Assembly: GCA_020632415.1 (NCBI GenBank)
Contig: JACKFO010000002.1
Coordinates: 578,732-642,731 of the forward strand
DNA length: 64,000 bases
From: Candidatus Nomurabacteria bacterium
Lineage (GTDB): Bacteria > Patescibacteriota > Patescibacteriia > UBA1558 > GWA2-36-10
Reading direction: 5' to 3'
A program made the translations under genes and the position numbers. This document shows, one piece after another, positions 19,058 to 30,060 of the stretch. Each line of letters starts with the position of its first letter. Within the stretch, counting starts at the first letter, position 1. The notes below the pieces were generated by a model. It worked only from the letters and a program-made list of their open reading frames with translations. It was not told the origin of the DNA and did not search any database.

Positions 19058-20095
19058 TCACAGTTTTGCTAAGACCAAATACAAACCCTCAGCAATCACC
19101 GAAGAGACATCAACAGTGGTAATGAGTCCACCTGTCTTGTATTTATAGGGACGATGTCTAGTGTTACCAATAAAGATACGACTAAACTGATTGACACTAG
19201 GATCTAAAAAGGTACGACGCCAACCGGAGATGAGCACTGGATGAGTAGCGCAAAACAACACTTCTTTGACGCCAACTTCTTGCAAAAGATAACGAGCTCT
19301 CTTTTGAGAAGTTCCGCCAGAAGCCACTTCGTCATCCAGAGAAATTACTAAAGCGTCACGTAAATCAACATCACTTAAGAATTCACAGTCTGGATATTGC
19401 TGACGCAAGTTATTCAAAATATCCTCACTGCTCCTAGTTTCAGTCTGGCCAGTCACCAAACGATTTTTCAAACCCAGGCCAACTGGCGCTTGTAATAGTT
19501 TAGCCACTGACATGGCTCTCAACAATGAACCAAGATCAGGAGAGTCAACGACCACCAATCTACCTTGCTGACGATTAATCGTCACTATGGGTAACAATGT
19601 GTCAACAAAGATTGGAGCAGCCGTCACATTGACCACTTCGATTTGATGAGCCTGGAAATTATCAATCACTCGCTGAGAGTGAATATCACAAAAGATGACT
19701 CTACTGACACCTGCGGCTGCTAATTGATTCGCCAAATAACGACTACGCTCAATTTCCTGCGGCTTGTCCGGATGATCTTGCCGACGATAAGCACAAAAAG
19801 GTAAAACACAAGTCACTGACTGAGCGCCATACTGATATTTGGCTGCCCAAACCAAAGTTAAAAGTTCATCGATCAATTCGAGAGTGGTCATGCTCTGGAA
19901 AATGATCACATGTTTTCCATTCAACTTCGGATATTGAGGAATTCTTAAGTCAGATTCACCATCTGGAAAAGCGTCAAAATCCAGATGAAGAAATTGTAAA
20001 TCCCAAGCGGTTAATTCATGCAAACGAGCGAGAATAGCGTTATTCAGTGGATAATTGCCATTACCACTAATGAAGGCAAAATTATCGGCGTTCAT
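19058..20095 (-). CDS. prs: Ribose-phosphate pyrophosphokinase (PRPP synthetase) family protein, GC-richer than the host
   Basis: N-terminal domain matches (HVIIFQS…VLPFCAYRRQDHP; DIHSQRVIDNF). C-terminal PRTase motif VISLDDEVASGGT. A GC-rich hairpin terminator (GCCCACCCTGCACGCAAGGTGAGC plus T-run) lies at 19026-19049 on the minus strand. Confidence 0.65.
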   Translation of the reverse strand: MNADNFAFISGNGNYPLNNAILARLHELTAWDLQFLHLDFDAFPDGESDLRIPQYPKLNGKHVIIFQSMTTLELIDELLTLVWAAKYQYGAQSVTCVLPFCAYRRQDHPDKPQEIERSRYLANQLAAAGVSRVIFCDIHSQRVIDNFQAHQIEVVNVTAAPIFVDTLLPIVTINRQQGRLVVVDSPDLGSLLRAMSVAKLLQAPVGLGLKNRLVTGQTETRSSEDILNNLRQQYPDCEFLSDVDLRDALVISLDDEVASGGTSQKRARYLLQEVGVKEVLFCATHPVLISGWRRTFLDPSVNQFSRIFIGNTRHRPYKYKTGGLITTVDVSSVIAEGLYLVLAKL

Positions 20096-20252
20096 CTTCG
20101 TGTCTCCTTGGCTGTGTGTGATTCAACTATCAAAGATCTTCTTATTGACTTCAATCTATCTTAATCAACTAAAATTGTCAAAACAAAAAACCAAACATAA
20201 AATACGTAGTTTAAAAATCTACGTATTTCAGTAAAAAATTAATTAAGAAATC

Positions 20253-20711
20253 CTATCGCGCAAGATCTCCTAAATAAAAATTGTCTAAATTTTCATGAGC
20301 TCGATCTGAATGTGGCGTGCCGTTAGATGGCCTTTCTTCAAATAACTGAGTAGCGTTAATTCCACAACCCATCAAGATCGCTTCTCCACCAGGATGATTA
20401 GAAATGGCTGGTGTAATATCAAAAACCTGATCATGAATAATTGTCCAACAATCATCAACTGTATTGTGCTTGGCCACTTCCGATTCAGCAATCCAATTAG
20501 AGCCTTCTGCTTCCAACTTGGCATCTTCTATTGCTTGACGTTCCAAAGCATCGTCATCTTCCTCAAGAGCCTGACCTAAAGTTTCGCCAGTTTGTTGAGA
20601 GCCATCTACTTGTTGGTCAAAATTTTCCTGCCCAGGCTCTAAAGCTTTTTGACCACAAGCAGTTAAAAAAAATAAAGCCACAAAAAGCATTGCAAATATT
20701 TTTTTACTCAT
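20253..20711 (-). CDS. Lipoprotein with a cytochrome b5-like heme-binding domain
   Basis: Lipobox (FFLTAC). Cyt-b5 core HNTVDDCWTIIHDQVFDITPAISNHPGG…ATQLF. A terminator hairpin AATACGTAG…CTACGTATT lies at 20198-20226. Confidence 0.65.
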   Translation of the reverse strand: MSKKIFAMLFVALFFLTACGQKALEPGQENFDQQVDGSQQTGETLGQALEEDDDALERQAIEDAKLEAEGSNWIAESEVAKHNTVDDCWTIIHDQVFDITPAISNHPGGEAILMGCGINATQLFEERPSNGTPHSDRAHENLDNFYLGDLAR

Positions 20712-20727
20712 ATAATAAATTAATTAA

Positions 20728-21078
20728 TTATTTTTTAATTTTTAAATCTCTAATATCTCTTCTGATAGTTTCAATGTGCTTCAAAATTTCTTCTGCTAGT
20801 TTAGCAGATCTTAAATCCGCCTGCAAGTCCATCTCGTCTCTTAAATTGTCCCGCATCGATTGTCTATTTTGCGCCATCAATAATAAAATCATCAAAACAA
20901 TTGCCTCTAAAGAAACAATCAAGGTAAGCATATTGACGTCTAACTGATAAGCCAACCAAGTCGTAAACCAAATCATATGAACCACCAAAAAAAACCAGGA
21001 GCCAATCCACGCATTCATAGAGTCTAAAAATTGAAATCCTTCTAATAAGCTAAAATTTATTTTTTTATTTTTTTTCAT
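20728..21078 (-). CDS. Small membrane protein, DUF1003-like (two TM plus coiled-coil tail)
   Basis: 116 aa with two hydrophobic helices followed by a charged coiled coil. The family assignment is tentative. Confidence 0.35.
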   Translation of the reverse strand: MKKNKKINFSLLEGFQFLDSMNAWIGSWFFLVVHMIWFTTWLAYQLDVNMLTLIVSLEAIVLMILLLMAQNRQSMRDNLRDEMDLQADLRSAKLAEEILKHIETIRRDIRDLKIKK

Positions 21079-21188
21079 ATCCTCTTATATTTATCTATAT
21101 CATAGCATATAATAAAATTTTCATAAATTATTTGCCCAAGCAGAGTAAAAAATGATAAAATGAAAGCAGTAAAAATTAAAAATAAAAA

Positions 21189-21878
21189 ATGTTGAAAAAA
21201 ATTACCCAAAAAACAGCCTATGCTCGTTCTCGTCCAAAAAGCCAAGGACCATACACTCAAATTTATTTAATTCGTCACTGTAAACCAGATTACACTCAGC
21301 AAAAAGAACTTGGTGATGCTCATATGCCACTTGATCAGACTGGCTTGAAACAAAGAAAATTATTAAACAAAAAATTATTTTCTATCCACATCGATAAAGT
21401 TTATACCAGTGAGTTTTTACGTGCCCAACAAACTGCTGAAATCTATTTGAAAAAAACTAAAAAAAATCCTATTGTAGACAAAAGATTTAATGAAGTTGAT
21501 TGGAGTGAATGGTATAAAATGAAGTACTTTAATATGTCTGAGAAAACTCGCGTCAAACGAGTAAAGGCCTATAAAGAAATGGACAAAAATCTCAGCAAAC
21601 TTCAAACTCGTTTCCGTCGTATCTTAGCTGACATTTATCATCACAACAAAGGAAAAGACGTGGCAATCTTTTGTCATGGCAATGTCATTCGTTCTATTCT
21701 TACCAGTATTTTAAATACCGATGTTGTTGGATTTTTATCAATCGAAGTTTATCAATCCTCTATTTCCAAAATCGTGATCGACAAACACGGCTATGTCAAA
21801 ATAAATTACATGAACAATATTGGACATTTACCGCATAAACCGCACGAAGACTTATTCAAATTTGCCTTGGAGCAATAA
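21189..21878 (+). CDS. Histidine phosphatase (phosphoglycerate-mutase-like) family protein
   Basis: IYLIRHCKP (RHG-type motif) and a second catalytic His in AIFCHGNVIRS. Confidence 0.6.
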   Translation: MLKKITQKTAYARSRPKSQGPYTQIYLIRHCKPDYTQQKELGDAHMPLDQTGLKQRKLLNKKLFSIHIDKVYTSEFLRAQQTAEIYLKKTKKNPIVDKRFNEVDWSEWYKMKYFNMSEKTRVKRVKAYKEMDKNLSKLQTRFRRILADIYHHNKGKDVAIFCHGNVIRSILTSILNTDVVGFLSIEVYQSSISKIVIDKHGYVKINYMNNIGHLPHKPHEDLFKFALEQ

Positions 21879-21928
21879 AAACTAATCAAAAAAACTCTGC
21901 TGATCAGCAGAGTTTTTTATTATAATAA

Positions 21929-24091
21929 TTATAATTTGATATTTTTTATTCGCAAACTATTTGATACCACAGAAACACTACTTAAGCTCATCGCCAACGC
22001 GGCAATCATCGGACTCAAATAACCCAAAGCCGCTAACGGAATAGCAACTACATTATAAATAAAAGCAAAAAATAAATTTTGTTTAATAATTTTAAAAGTT
22101 TTTTTGGATAATTTAATAGCACTCAAAACTGCGCGTGGATCGTTTTGCATCAAAACAATATTACCACTTTCCATCGCTACATCAGTACCCGCCCCCAAAG
22201 CAATGCCCAAATCTGCTTGAACTAAAGCCGGAGCATCGTTAATCCCATCGCCAACAAAAGCAACCACTTTACCAGCACTCTGGAGTTTCTGAATTTCTGC
22301 TACTTTTTGATCTGGCAAAACTTCGGCAATTACATTTTTTACTCCTAATTGCTGTGCGATATTTTCGGCACTGAGCTGATGATCACCAGTCAACATATAA
22401 ACTTCTAATTCTTTTGACAAAGCCTCAACAGCTGCTTTGGAGCTGGCCCTTAATTGATCAGCCACTGCTACCAAGCCTAATATTTCGCGATCTTGAATAA
22501 AATACATTACTGTCTTGCCACTAGAAGCGTATTGAATAAATTTATCTTGAAAATTTTGCTTCAAATTTAAATTTAATTCTTTGATTAATTCTAAATTACC
22601 CAAATGTATTTCACTCTTCTCCACTATGCCTCGTAAACCTTTGCCACGAATAGCCTGCACTTCTGTAGCTGCTAATAAACTTAAGTGTTTTTCTTTGCTG
22701 TAGCTGACAAAAGCTGTTGCTAAAGCATGCTCACTATTTTTTTCTACAGAACAAGCCAAAATCATCAGACGTTCTTTGGATAAACTTTCAGAAAAAGTCT
22801 CGATATCCGTCACTTGCAAACGGCCCTCAGTCAAAGTGCCGGTTTTATCAAAAACTACGGCTTGCACTTTGTGCGCTATTTCCAAACTCTGTGAATCTTT
22901 GATCAAAATACCGTTGGCCGCTCCCTTGCCACTGCCCACCATCACCGCTGTTGGCGTCGCCAAACCTAAAGCACATGGACAAGCAATGACCAAAACCGCT
23001 ACGGCATTAATCAAGCTCGCTACAAAACTGACGTCCAGCACAAAAAACCACAGCACAAAAGTAAGCGCCGCAATCACCAATACTACTGGCACAAAAATGC
23101 CAGAAACCAAATCGGCAAGTTTTTGAATCGGCGCTTTTGTATTTTGAGCATTTTCTACTAGTTTGATAATTTGAGCCAAAACTGTATCATTGCCAATTTT
23201 ATTCACCTTGACTTTGATCACGCCAAAGCTATTAATCGTCGCTCCATAAACCAAATCGCCAACTTTTTTATCAACCGGCACACTCTCTCCAGTGAGCATT
23301 GATTCGTCGATCGAAGTTTCTCCTTCAATAATTTCTCCATCCGAGGGAATTTTTTCTCCTGCCTTAACTAATAAAACATCATCTAATTTAATTTCGGCAA
23401 TATCTTTTTTAAGCTCTTCTCCGGCCACTAAAATCGTAGCTTGCTTGACGCTCAATGAAAATAACTTCTTGATCGCTGTCGAAGCTCGACCCTTGCTTTT
23501 TTCTTCCAGATATTTGCCCAACAAAATCAAAGTAATAATAATCGCTGCTGTTTCAAAATATAAATGCTGACCTGCAAACATCGCGTAAAGACTATAAAAA
23601 TAAGCAGCCAAAGTTCCCAAAGAAATCAAAGTGTCCATATTGGCCTTGAATTTTTTGAGTTGCAAAAACATTCCTCGATGGAACTGCCAACCCAGCACAA
23701 AAACAACTATTAGTGCCAAAAATTGCAGCAACCAAATATCCAAACTAATACTCAAAAAACTAGCTGACAAGTTCAGCTGATAAAACATAGAGGCCAACAA
23801 AGGTAAGCTCAAAACCAAGGCCCAAAGAAATTTATGCCAAGCCTGAGTTGTTGCTTGATCTTCTGATTTTTGATCTAAATTTTCAATCACTTTATAATCT
23901 CCCGCCCCACGCACCGCCTGATGAATATCGTCTAAAGTTGTTTTTTGATCATCAAAAACCACCGCTGCTTTACCAGTCGCATAATTGACATGTGATTTTT
24001 CCACTCCTGACAATTTACCAATACTCTTTTCTAAGCTCACCGCGCAGCTAGCGCAATGCATGCCAGCAATTTGAATATTTATTTCTTTCAT
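21929..24091 (-). CDS. copA: Copper-translocating P1B-type ATPase
   Basis: N-terminal HMA ([10 protein letters not shown]), CPC motif ([11 protein letters not shown]), [17 protein letters not shown]. Confidence 0.95.
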   Translation of the reverse strand: MKEINIQIAGMHCASCAVSLEKSIGKLSGVEKSHVNYATGKAAVVFDDQKTTLDDIHQAVRGAGDYKVIENLDQKSEDQATTQAWHKFLWALVLSLPLLASMFYQLNLSASFLSISLDIWLLQFLALIVVFVLGWQFHRGMFLQLKKFKANMDTLISLGTLAAYFYSLYAMFAGQHLYFETAAIIITLILLGKYLEEKSKGRASTAIKKLFSLSVKQATILVAGEELKKDIAEIKLDDVLLVKAGEKIPSDGEIIEGETSIDESMLTGESVPVDKKVGDLVYGATINSFGVIKVKVNKIGNDTVLAQIIKLVENAQNTKAPIQKLADLVSGIFVPVVLVIAALTFVLWFFVLDVSFVASLINAVAVLVIACPCALGLATPTAVMVGSGKGAANGILIKDSQSLEIAHKVQAVVFDKTGTLTEGRLQVTDIETFSESLSKERLMILACSVEKNSEHALATAFVSYSKEKHLSLLAATEVQAIRGKGLRGIVEKSEIHLGNLELIKELNLNLKQNFQDKFIQYASSGKTVMYFIQDREILGLVAVADQLRASSKAAVEALSKELEVYMLTGDHQLSAENIAQQLGVKNVIAEVLPDQKVAEIQKLQSAGKVVAFVGDGINDAPALVQADLGIALGAGTDVAMESGNIVLMQNDPRAVLSAIKLSKKTFKIIKQNLFFAFIYNVVAIPLAALGYLSPMIAALAMSLSSVSVVSNSLRIKNIKL

Positions 24092-24099
24092 ATCTTTAT

Positions 24100-25437
24100 T
24101 TATTCAATAATAAACTGCCCTCTAACCATGCCCATCCAACAAGAAAAGTTTATTTTTCCTGTTTTTTTTGGCGTAAACTCAATAATATTATCTCCTTTAG
24201 TCAGAGATTTTTGAATGCCTAAATCTGGCACGATAATTTGATTGGTACAGCCCGAAGCTTGCGTGCCATCAATAATCCATTTGACTGGTACGTCTTTTTT
24301 TAGATAAAAAACACTAGGATTATAACCGCTGTAATCAATCCCCATTTTGATCACTTGCTGATCATCTTGGTTTAAAACAGCAGTCCCTTTTTCTTGAAAC
24401 AAGCTACCAAAATAAATGCCCCTCACTGCTAAACCAGACGATAAAGTATAAAGAGCGAAAACTAAAAGCAACAAACCAATCGCTTTTTCAAAAACTATAC
24501 TTTTCAAATGCTGAAAACGAGAAGTTGTCGAACCGACTAAAAATAAAACTGGCGCCGTACCTAAAGCAAATAAAAACAAAGTAAAGGCACCAAGCCAAAA
24601 ATTACCAGAGCTAATCGCGAATAACTGCATACTTTGCGTAAATCCACAGGGCAAGAAAAAAGTAAAAGCTCCCAAAAGCAATGGTGCTGCTTTGTGTTCT
24701 GAGTTTTTTAATTTTTGCCAAATTTTAAAACTGCTTTTTGGCATACTTAAACCAAATTTTGTTAGACTTGGTAATAAGCCTAAAATATTTAAAGCCAGCC
24801 ATAGCAAAACTAAAGCTACTAAAATTGTCAGCCAAGAAAAAAAGGAAGTCGACAAACTAATCTTACTTCCCAACCAACCCAAAGCTCCTCCCAAAATAAA
24901 AAATGAACTTAAACGTCCCACGTGAAATAACAAATGTGGCTCGACATTACGTTGCCAAGCAGTGCCGCGACTTTGATATTTAGCGGCAAAAGAAATCACC
25001 ACTCCACCAACTACTGCCAAACAACTAGACAAAGAAGCGACAATGCCAATCATAAAAGCGGCGCCAAAATTGATATCACTAGGATTGAAATCTAGCCAAC
25101 TCAACACTCCAATCCACTGAAAATATAAATAAATCAAGTACAAAGCAAGAACAATCAAAACTGAATAAAACCACTGTTCTAAAGTAGCTGACTTTTTCTT
25201 GATAGCTTGCAGCTGACTTTGCTCAAGAGCGCAACCGTAACCCATTTTTTCAATTTTTTGTTTTAATTCCGGCCAAGGCAGATCACCAAGATATTCAATT
25301 TCTGCACTTTGAGTTTTAACCGAAGCTTTGACTCGGACGATACCCGAAATGCTCTGCGCCTCTTCTTTGATAATATTTTCACAAGAAACACAAGTCAAGC
25401 CTGCTAAATATATTTTTTTATTTTTGACTGCGGGCAT
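24100..25437 (-). CDS. Membrane protein with an N-terminal HMA domain, a DsbD_2-like polytopic core with intramembrane Cys, and a C-terminal cupredoxin-like domain (putative copper handling)
   Basis: HMA box [10 protein letters not shown]. Eight TM helices with SSCLAV and LPCGFTQ motifs. C-terminal beta-domain ending [12 protein letters not shown] resembles pseudoazurin Cys/Met ligands. Sits between csoR and copA with 2-9 nt gaps. Confidence 0.6.
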   Translation of the reverse strand: MPAVKNKKIYLAGLTCVSCENIIKEEAQSISGIVRVKASVKTQSAEIEYLGDLPWPELKQKIEKMGYGCALEQSQLQAIKKKSATLEQWFYSVLIVLALYLIYLYFQWIGVLSWLDFNPSDINFGAAFMIGIVASLSSCLAVVGGVVISFAAKYQSRGTAWQRNVEPHLLFHVGRLSSFFILGGALGWLGSKISLSTSFFSWLTILVALVLLWLALNILGLLPSLTKFGLSMPKSSFKIWQKLKNSEHKAAPLLLGAFTFFLPCGFTQSMQLFAISSGNFWLGAFTLFLFALGTAPVLFLVGSTTSRFQHLKSIVFEKAIGLLLLVFALYTLSSGLAVRGIYFGSLFQEKGTAVLNQDDQQVIKMGIDYSGYNPSVFYLKKDVPVKWIIDGTQASGCTNQIIVPDLGIQKSLTKGDNIIEFTPKKTGKINFSCWMGMVRGQFIIE

Positions 25438-25438
25438 A

Positions 25439-25720
25439 TTATTTTAAAGATAATTTATTTAATTGCAAAATTTCCTCAATCATCGTCTTTTGCTTAGAGG
25501 CGTTATTGGAATTCATCACCGCCTTAAAACAACTGTTTAGATGATCGGCTAATAGTTCTTGATTAGCTGATTTTAATAAGCCAATCACTGCCAGATTTTG
25601 TTGCATGATATCCACGCAATAGCGACCATCCTCTTTCATCTCAATAATCTTGGCTAATAAACTATGGGCTTTTTTCAAAGCACTTAAGCTTTTCTTTGAA
25701 TTTTTTTCTAACATTACCAT
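25439..25720 (-). CDS. csoR: CsoR/RcnR-family metal-sensing transcriptional repressor
   Basis: GRYCVDIMQQ … ADHLNSC gives the C-H-C ligand pattern of CsoR. First gene of the copper operon. Confidence 0.7.
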   Translation of the reverse strand: MVMLEKNSKKSLSALKKAHSLLAKIIEMKEDGRYCVDIMQQNLAVIGLLKSANQELLADHLNSCFKAVMNSNNASKQKTMIEEILQLNKLSLK

Positions 25721-25833
25721 AAAAATAAATTAATATTTATATACCTACCCCCCAGGTATGGATGTATCATAACACTAAGTAAAATTTTAAGCAAATAAAA
25801 AACCGGCTAAGTAAGTGCCGATTTTAATTTTGT

Positions 25834-26169
25834 TTATTTTTTAATTTTTTTTATTTTCCCTAAAGCAATTTCTTTGTGCAGAGAATAGCCGAGTAAAATT
25901 CTGACCAAAACTATTCCTCCCAACTGCAAAATCTCATTGATATCCCCGGCCACAGTCACCAAAAGAATATCCGCAGCAATCACAAACTCCAAAGCCAAAA
26001 TAATATTTTTAGCTAAATCTGCCCTGATTTCGTTTTGTTCAAATTTATCCTGAAACAAATGCCACAATGCTCTCAAGACAGCCATGATGACCAAGAAAAC
26101 TCCAACGTACTCAATCATCAAGCCAAAAGAATGAATTACGGCATTAATTATCAATTGTAAATCCCCCAT
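25834..26169 (-). CDS. Small integral membrane protein (DUF1622-like)
   Basis: 111 aa, three to four TM helices. Family assignment tentative. Confidence 0.4.
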   Translation of the reverse strand: MGDLQLIINAVIHSFGLMIEYVGVFLVIMAVLRALWHLFQDKFEQNEIRADLAKNIILALEFVIAADILLVTVAGDINEILQLGGIVLVRILLGYSLHKEIALGKIKKIKK

Positions 26170-26193
26170 ATTTTTATATTTATTTTAATAACT

Positions 26194-26691
26194 CTAATTT
26201 AACTGCCAAATTGCAAAGTTTAAAATTGCCGCAAAACTCACCCACAGAATATAAGGCAGTAGTAAATACGCTGCCGTTTTTTTTACTTGATAAAAATAAT
26301 AAATATTAGTAAGTATCGCTAGCCACAAAATAATAATCTCTACAAAAGCCGCGCCTGGATTGTGTAAGCCAAAAAATAAAACCGACCAAAAAACATTTAG
26401 CACCAGTTGACCAATAAAAATTGCCCAGGCAAGCTGTACTTTTTTCTTTTTAAAATCTTCCTGCCAAATCAAATACAAAGCAAAGCCCATCAATAAAAAC
26501 AACAAGGTCCAAACCGGACCAAAAATCCAATTTGGTGGATTAAAACTTGGTTTTATAATTCCTCGATACCAGGCATTAATTTCTGAAGTAGTAAAGACCG
26601 AACCAAGTAACCCTGCGCCTTGGCAAATAATAATGCTTAATAATAATTTAGGCCATGATTTTATTTTTATTTTCATATTTTTAAATCGCAA
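26194..26691 (-). CDS. tspO: TspO/MBR (tryptophan-rich sensory protein) family
   Basis: WYRGIIKPSFNPPNWIFGPVWTLLFLLMGFALY is the TspO signature. Five TM helices. Confidence 0.75.
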   Translation of the reverse strand: MRFKNMKIKIKSWPKLLLSIIICQGAGLLGSVFTTSEINAWYRGIIKPSFNPPNWIFGPVWTLLFLLMGFALYLIWQEDFKKKKVQLAWAIFIGQLVLNVFWSVLFFGLHNPGAAFVEIIILWLAILTNIYYFYQVKKTAAYLLLPYILWVSFAAILNFAIWQLN

Positions 26692-26992
26692 TCATTAAAA
26701 AAGTCAAAACAATCAGCAAAAGCAAAAACAAAAAAGTATAGCCCAGTAAAATCAAAGCTGATTTAACTTCTTTGTTGAACAACAAATAAATCGGATAGCC
26801 AAAAATTAAAGATCCACAAACTGAAGCTGACAAAACCAACAAAGACAAAATTACGACTATCCCCAAAACATTTGGCCCAATATTCCACTTTTCAACTGTC
26901 TGCATAAAAGTACCAACCAATAAGACATAAACACTGGTAAAAAATGCTTGGCCAAAAGCCACTAGTGGCAAAGGTAAATGTTTAAATTTCAT
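26681..26992 (-). CDS. Small hypothetical membrane protein (three TM)
   Basis: ORF only; hydrophobic. Confidence 0.35.
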   Translation of the reverse strand: MKFKHLPLPLVAFGQAFFTSVYVLLVGTFMQTVEKWNIGPNVLGIVVILSLLVLSASVCGSLIFGYPIYLLFNKEVKSALILLGYTFLFLLLLIVLTFLMIAI

Positions 26993-27063
26993 AATTTTTA
27001 ATTAAATGATTATATTTACATTATAACAAAATATCGCCTGAGTGGCGATATTTAAAAAATATT

Positions 27064-27837
27064 TTAGTGACTATGTGGCAAAATCGAAACCAGAAGATAA
27101 ATAACTAAAACGCCAAGTAGCAACCACAGGGATTGTTGAATTATTTTTTTCGGATTTTTTTCATGATGTAACTCTGGCATCAAATCAGCAGTTGCTAAAT
27201 AAATAAAATTACCAGCCGCAAAAGCTCCCATTAGAGGAATAAGATTGGAAAAGCTTTGACCAAAAAAATAAAAAATAATTGCCCCAAAAACAGCAATGCT
27301 AGCGACCACCAAATTATAAAACAAGGCTTTGGTCTTACTTAAGCCCGCATACAGCAGAACCCCAAAATCAGAAATCTCTTGCGGAATTTCATGCAAAATC
27401 ACCGCCAAAGTCACGATCATCCCCGCGTGTATATCAAGCATAAAAGAAGCCGCGATCAAAAAACCATCTACTAAATTATGAATCGCGTCGCCAATCAGAT
27501 TAATATAAACCAAATGCTTTTTATTTTCTGAATGTGGATGCTCGTGTTCTTGATGTCGATCACACTGACAGTGATGCCAGTGCAAAATTCTTTCAAACAA
27601 AAAGAAGAAAACAATACTAGCCAAAACTACCGCAAAAATTAAATGTGGCTCAAAACTTCCTTCTTCAATCGCTTCTGGTAAAAGATCTAAAAAAACTACG
27701 CTTAACAAGCTACCAGCTGATAAACTGATTAAGGCCCTTAAAAAATTTGCTTTAATTTCTCGATTAAAGATCAATAATATTCCGATTAAAGAAATTAAGC
27801 TCACTAAAATTGTCGCTAAAATAATGTATCCTAACAT
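27064..27837 (-). CDS. zupT: ZIP-family zinc transporter
   Basis: His-rich loop HEHEHPH; HNLVDGFLIAASF and HEIPQEISDFGVLL ZIP signatures. Confidence 0.8.
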   Translation of the reverse strand: MLGYIILATILVSLISLIGILLIFNREIKANFLRALISLSAGSLLSVVFLDLLPEAIEEGSFEPHLIFAVVLASIVFFFLFERILHWHHCQCDRHQEHEHPHSENKKHLVYINLIGDAIHNLVDGFLIAASFMLDIHAGMIVTLAVILHEIPQEISDFGVLLYAGLSKTKALFYNLVVASIAVFGAIIFYFFGQSFSNLIPLMGAFAAGNFIYLATADLMPELHHEKNPKKIIQQSLWLLLGVLVIYLLVSILPHSH

Positions 27838-27839
27838 AT

Positions 27840-28214
27840 TTATTTATTACATTTATTACATAAACCTGATAAAAATAATTGATGTTTAACTTGACTAAAA
27901 TTTTTGATTTTTTTAAAAAAATGATCACAAGGCAAACATTGGGTAAAACCACATTTTTGACAAGTGATATGATGATGTTGTTTATCGGCTAAATAATATA
28001 AAGCTTCTTTTTCTGATAACTCTCTAAAAACTAACCCTGCTTTTTCTAATATTTCTAGATTACGATAAACTGTCACTCTGTCTAAATGAGCAGACAAAGC
28101 AGAATAAATATCTCCAGCTGATACTAAATTTTGATTTTTTTCTAAAAAATCTAAAATTAGCTGACGAGCTTGAGTTTTACTGAGGCCTGCTTGTTTTAAT
28201 AAATCTTCTTTCAT
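27840..28214 (-). CDS. zur: Fur-family regulator, probably zinc uptake regulator
   Basis: Winged-helix N-terminus plus C-terminal CxxC…CxxC (CQKCGF…CNKCNK). Immediately upstream of zupT with a 2-nt gap. Confidence 0.7.
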   Translation of the reverse strand: MKEDLLKQAGLSKTQARQLILDFLEKNQNLVSAGDIYSALSAHLDRVTVYRNLEILEKAGLVFRELSEKEALYYLADKQHHHITCQKCGFTQCLPCDHFFKKIKNFSQVKHQLFLSGLCNKCNK

Positions 28215-28285
28215 GAAAAACATCCTAGCATAAACAAAAAATAATTGCAAATCAGTTGCAATTATTTAAAGGGTTAAAAAATTAA

Positions 28286-29404
28286 TTAGGCTTTCTTAGC
28301 TGACAAAAACCAGCTTGCTAGCCAATTGCTAATTGGAATCGCCAAAATAATGCCAATGCTTCCTAATAAAGTTCTGATTATTTCCGTAGCCACCATTTCA
28401 TTATTTATTGCTTGGCTCAAATTCAAACCAATCACGTCGCTCTTAGCAAAAAGAATCAACAAAGGCAAGGCTGCGCCCGCATAAGCAAAAAATAAAGTAT
28501 TAATCATTGAAGTAATGTGATCTACTCCCACTTTTGCACTCATTTTATAAACTTCTTTTTTGCTTAAACTAGGATTAGCCTGCTTGATTTGCTCAACAGT
28601 TGAAACTTGGCTAATAATCACATCATCCAAAACCCCTAAGGTTCCGATCAAAATTCCGGCTAAAAGTAAGCCTTGTAGATTTAAAGATCCTTGGGCTAAA
28701 TCAAAAAGGAAGACCGTCTCTTCACCAGCATAGCCACTCAATTGAGCTAAAGCTGTAAACATCGCTGATAAAAAAGCCGTGAATAACAAAGAAATTATCA
28801 AAGATAAATTTGCTAAATGAGCCTTAATATTAAAACCTTGAGTCAAATAAATAGCAAAAAATAAAATAAAAATACCCCCCAACACGCTGACCAAAACTGG
28901 ATTAGTGCCAGCTAAAATTTGTGGAATAATAAACTTCAAAATAACCAAAAAACTAGCTATTAAGGCCAATAGAGAACGAAATCCTTTCCAGCGACCAATA
29001 ACTAAAACACTGAAAATAAAAATGAAACTCAATAAAATAATAGGATTAGTTCGATCATAATCCGAAACAAAAAAATAAGAAGAACCATCATCATTGATGC
29101 TACTTATCACCATCACTCTATCGCCCAAAGCATATTGTCGACTAGATAAAATCTGAAAATCACTAATGCCTTCAAAAACTATTTCTTGATTTTTAAAGTT
29201 TCCAGACAAACCTTTTAATCTTAAATTTTGTTGAATAAAATTTAAGCCAGATTCATCGATGATTTCCTTTTCAGCTAAAATTTCAATAACCTTAGCTTTA
29301 AAAATTTCTTCTTGCTGAGTACTTTGAGCGGAAAGACCAAGAGGTAAAAATAGTAAAAATAGTAAAAATATTTTTTTCATAAAATTATTATATCCTAAAA
29401 ACAC
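28286..29404 (-). CDS. YibE/F-like polytopic membrane protein with an N-terminal extracytoplasmic domain
   Basis: Signal peptide, ~100 aa soluble domain, then ~8 TM. Family call tentative. Confidence 0.45.
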   Translation of the reverse strand: MFLGYNNFMKKIFLLFLLFLPLGLSAQSTQQEEIFKAKVIEILAEKEIIDESGLNFIQQNLRLKGLSGNFKNQEIVFEGISDFQILSSRQYALGDRVMVISSINDDGSSYFFVSDYDRTNPIILLSFIFIFSVLVIGRWKGFRSLLALIASFLVILKFIIPQILAGTNPVLVSVLGGIFILFFAIYLTQGFNIKAHLANLSLIISLLFTAFLSAMFTALAQLSGYAGEETVFLFDLAQGSLNLQGLLLAGILIGTLGVLDDVIISQVSTVEQIKQANPSLSKKEVYKMSAKVGVDHITSMINTLFFAYAGAALPLLILFAKSDVIGLNLSQAINNEMVATEIIRTLLGSIGIILAIPISNWLASWFLSAKKA

Positions 29405-29453
29405 AAAAAACTAAATCTCTTGACAATTATGTTAGAATAATCTAACATTAGAA

Positions 29454-29867
29454 ATGATAGAAATAATTAACATTAAACTTATGACTAAAAAACAATATTT
29501 AATCATGCGTTTCAGTATCGTGGTATTATTAAGCGCTTCTATAGCAATCAGTATTAATTTAAAAAATTATTACTTACCAATTATTTTAATGCTCATTGCT
29601 TTATTGACTATGGTTTATTTTCGTAAACAATTAAAACCAAAGGATGTTTTAGCTGACGAAAGAGACTATCAGGTAGCTGGAATTGCTGCTCGCTATACTT
29701 TATTTATCTACTCTTGGTTTAGTGTTATTGCCATGTTTATCTTCTTGATGCTTTCTGAAAAATATCCTCAAGTCTATCCTTTGAGCCAATTTTTTGCCTT
29801 TACAGTTTGCGGTTTATTACTTTTAAATGCATTTTTATTTAAATGGCTGATTAAACATGGCAAATAA
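29454..29867 (+). CDS. DUF2178-like membrane protein
   Basis: [16 protein letters not shown] motif between TM helices. Its partner is the overlapping downstream XRE regulator. Confidence 0.5.
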   Translation: MIEIINIKLMTKKQYLIMRFSIVVLLSASIAISINLKNYYLPIILMLIALLTMVYFRKQLKPKDVLADERDYQVAGIAARYTLFIYSWFSVIAMFIFLMLSEKYPQVYPLSQFFAFTVCGLLLLNAFLFKWLIKHGK

Positions 29868-30060
29868 AATGACCAATATAATCAAAGAGCGTCGCTTAAA
29901 ATTTAAGCTGACGCAAGAACAACTAGCAGAAGCCGTCGGTGTTCGTCGTGAAACAATTGTCTTCTTGGAACAAAATAAATATAACCCCTCTTTGAAATTG
30001 GCTCATGACATTGCCAAAACTTTAAAAATAAAAATTGAAGACTTATTTAAATTTGATTAA
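29857..30060 (+). CDS. XRE-family helix-turn-helix transcriptional regulator
   Basis: [39 protein letters not shown] is a Cro/C1-type HTH. Confidence 0.8.
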   Translation: MANKMTNIIKERRLKFKLTQEQLAEAVGVRRETIVFLEQNKYNPSLKLAHDIAKTLKIKIEDLFKFD

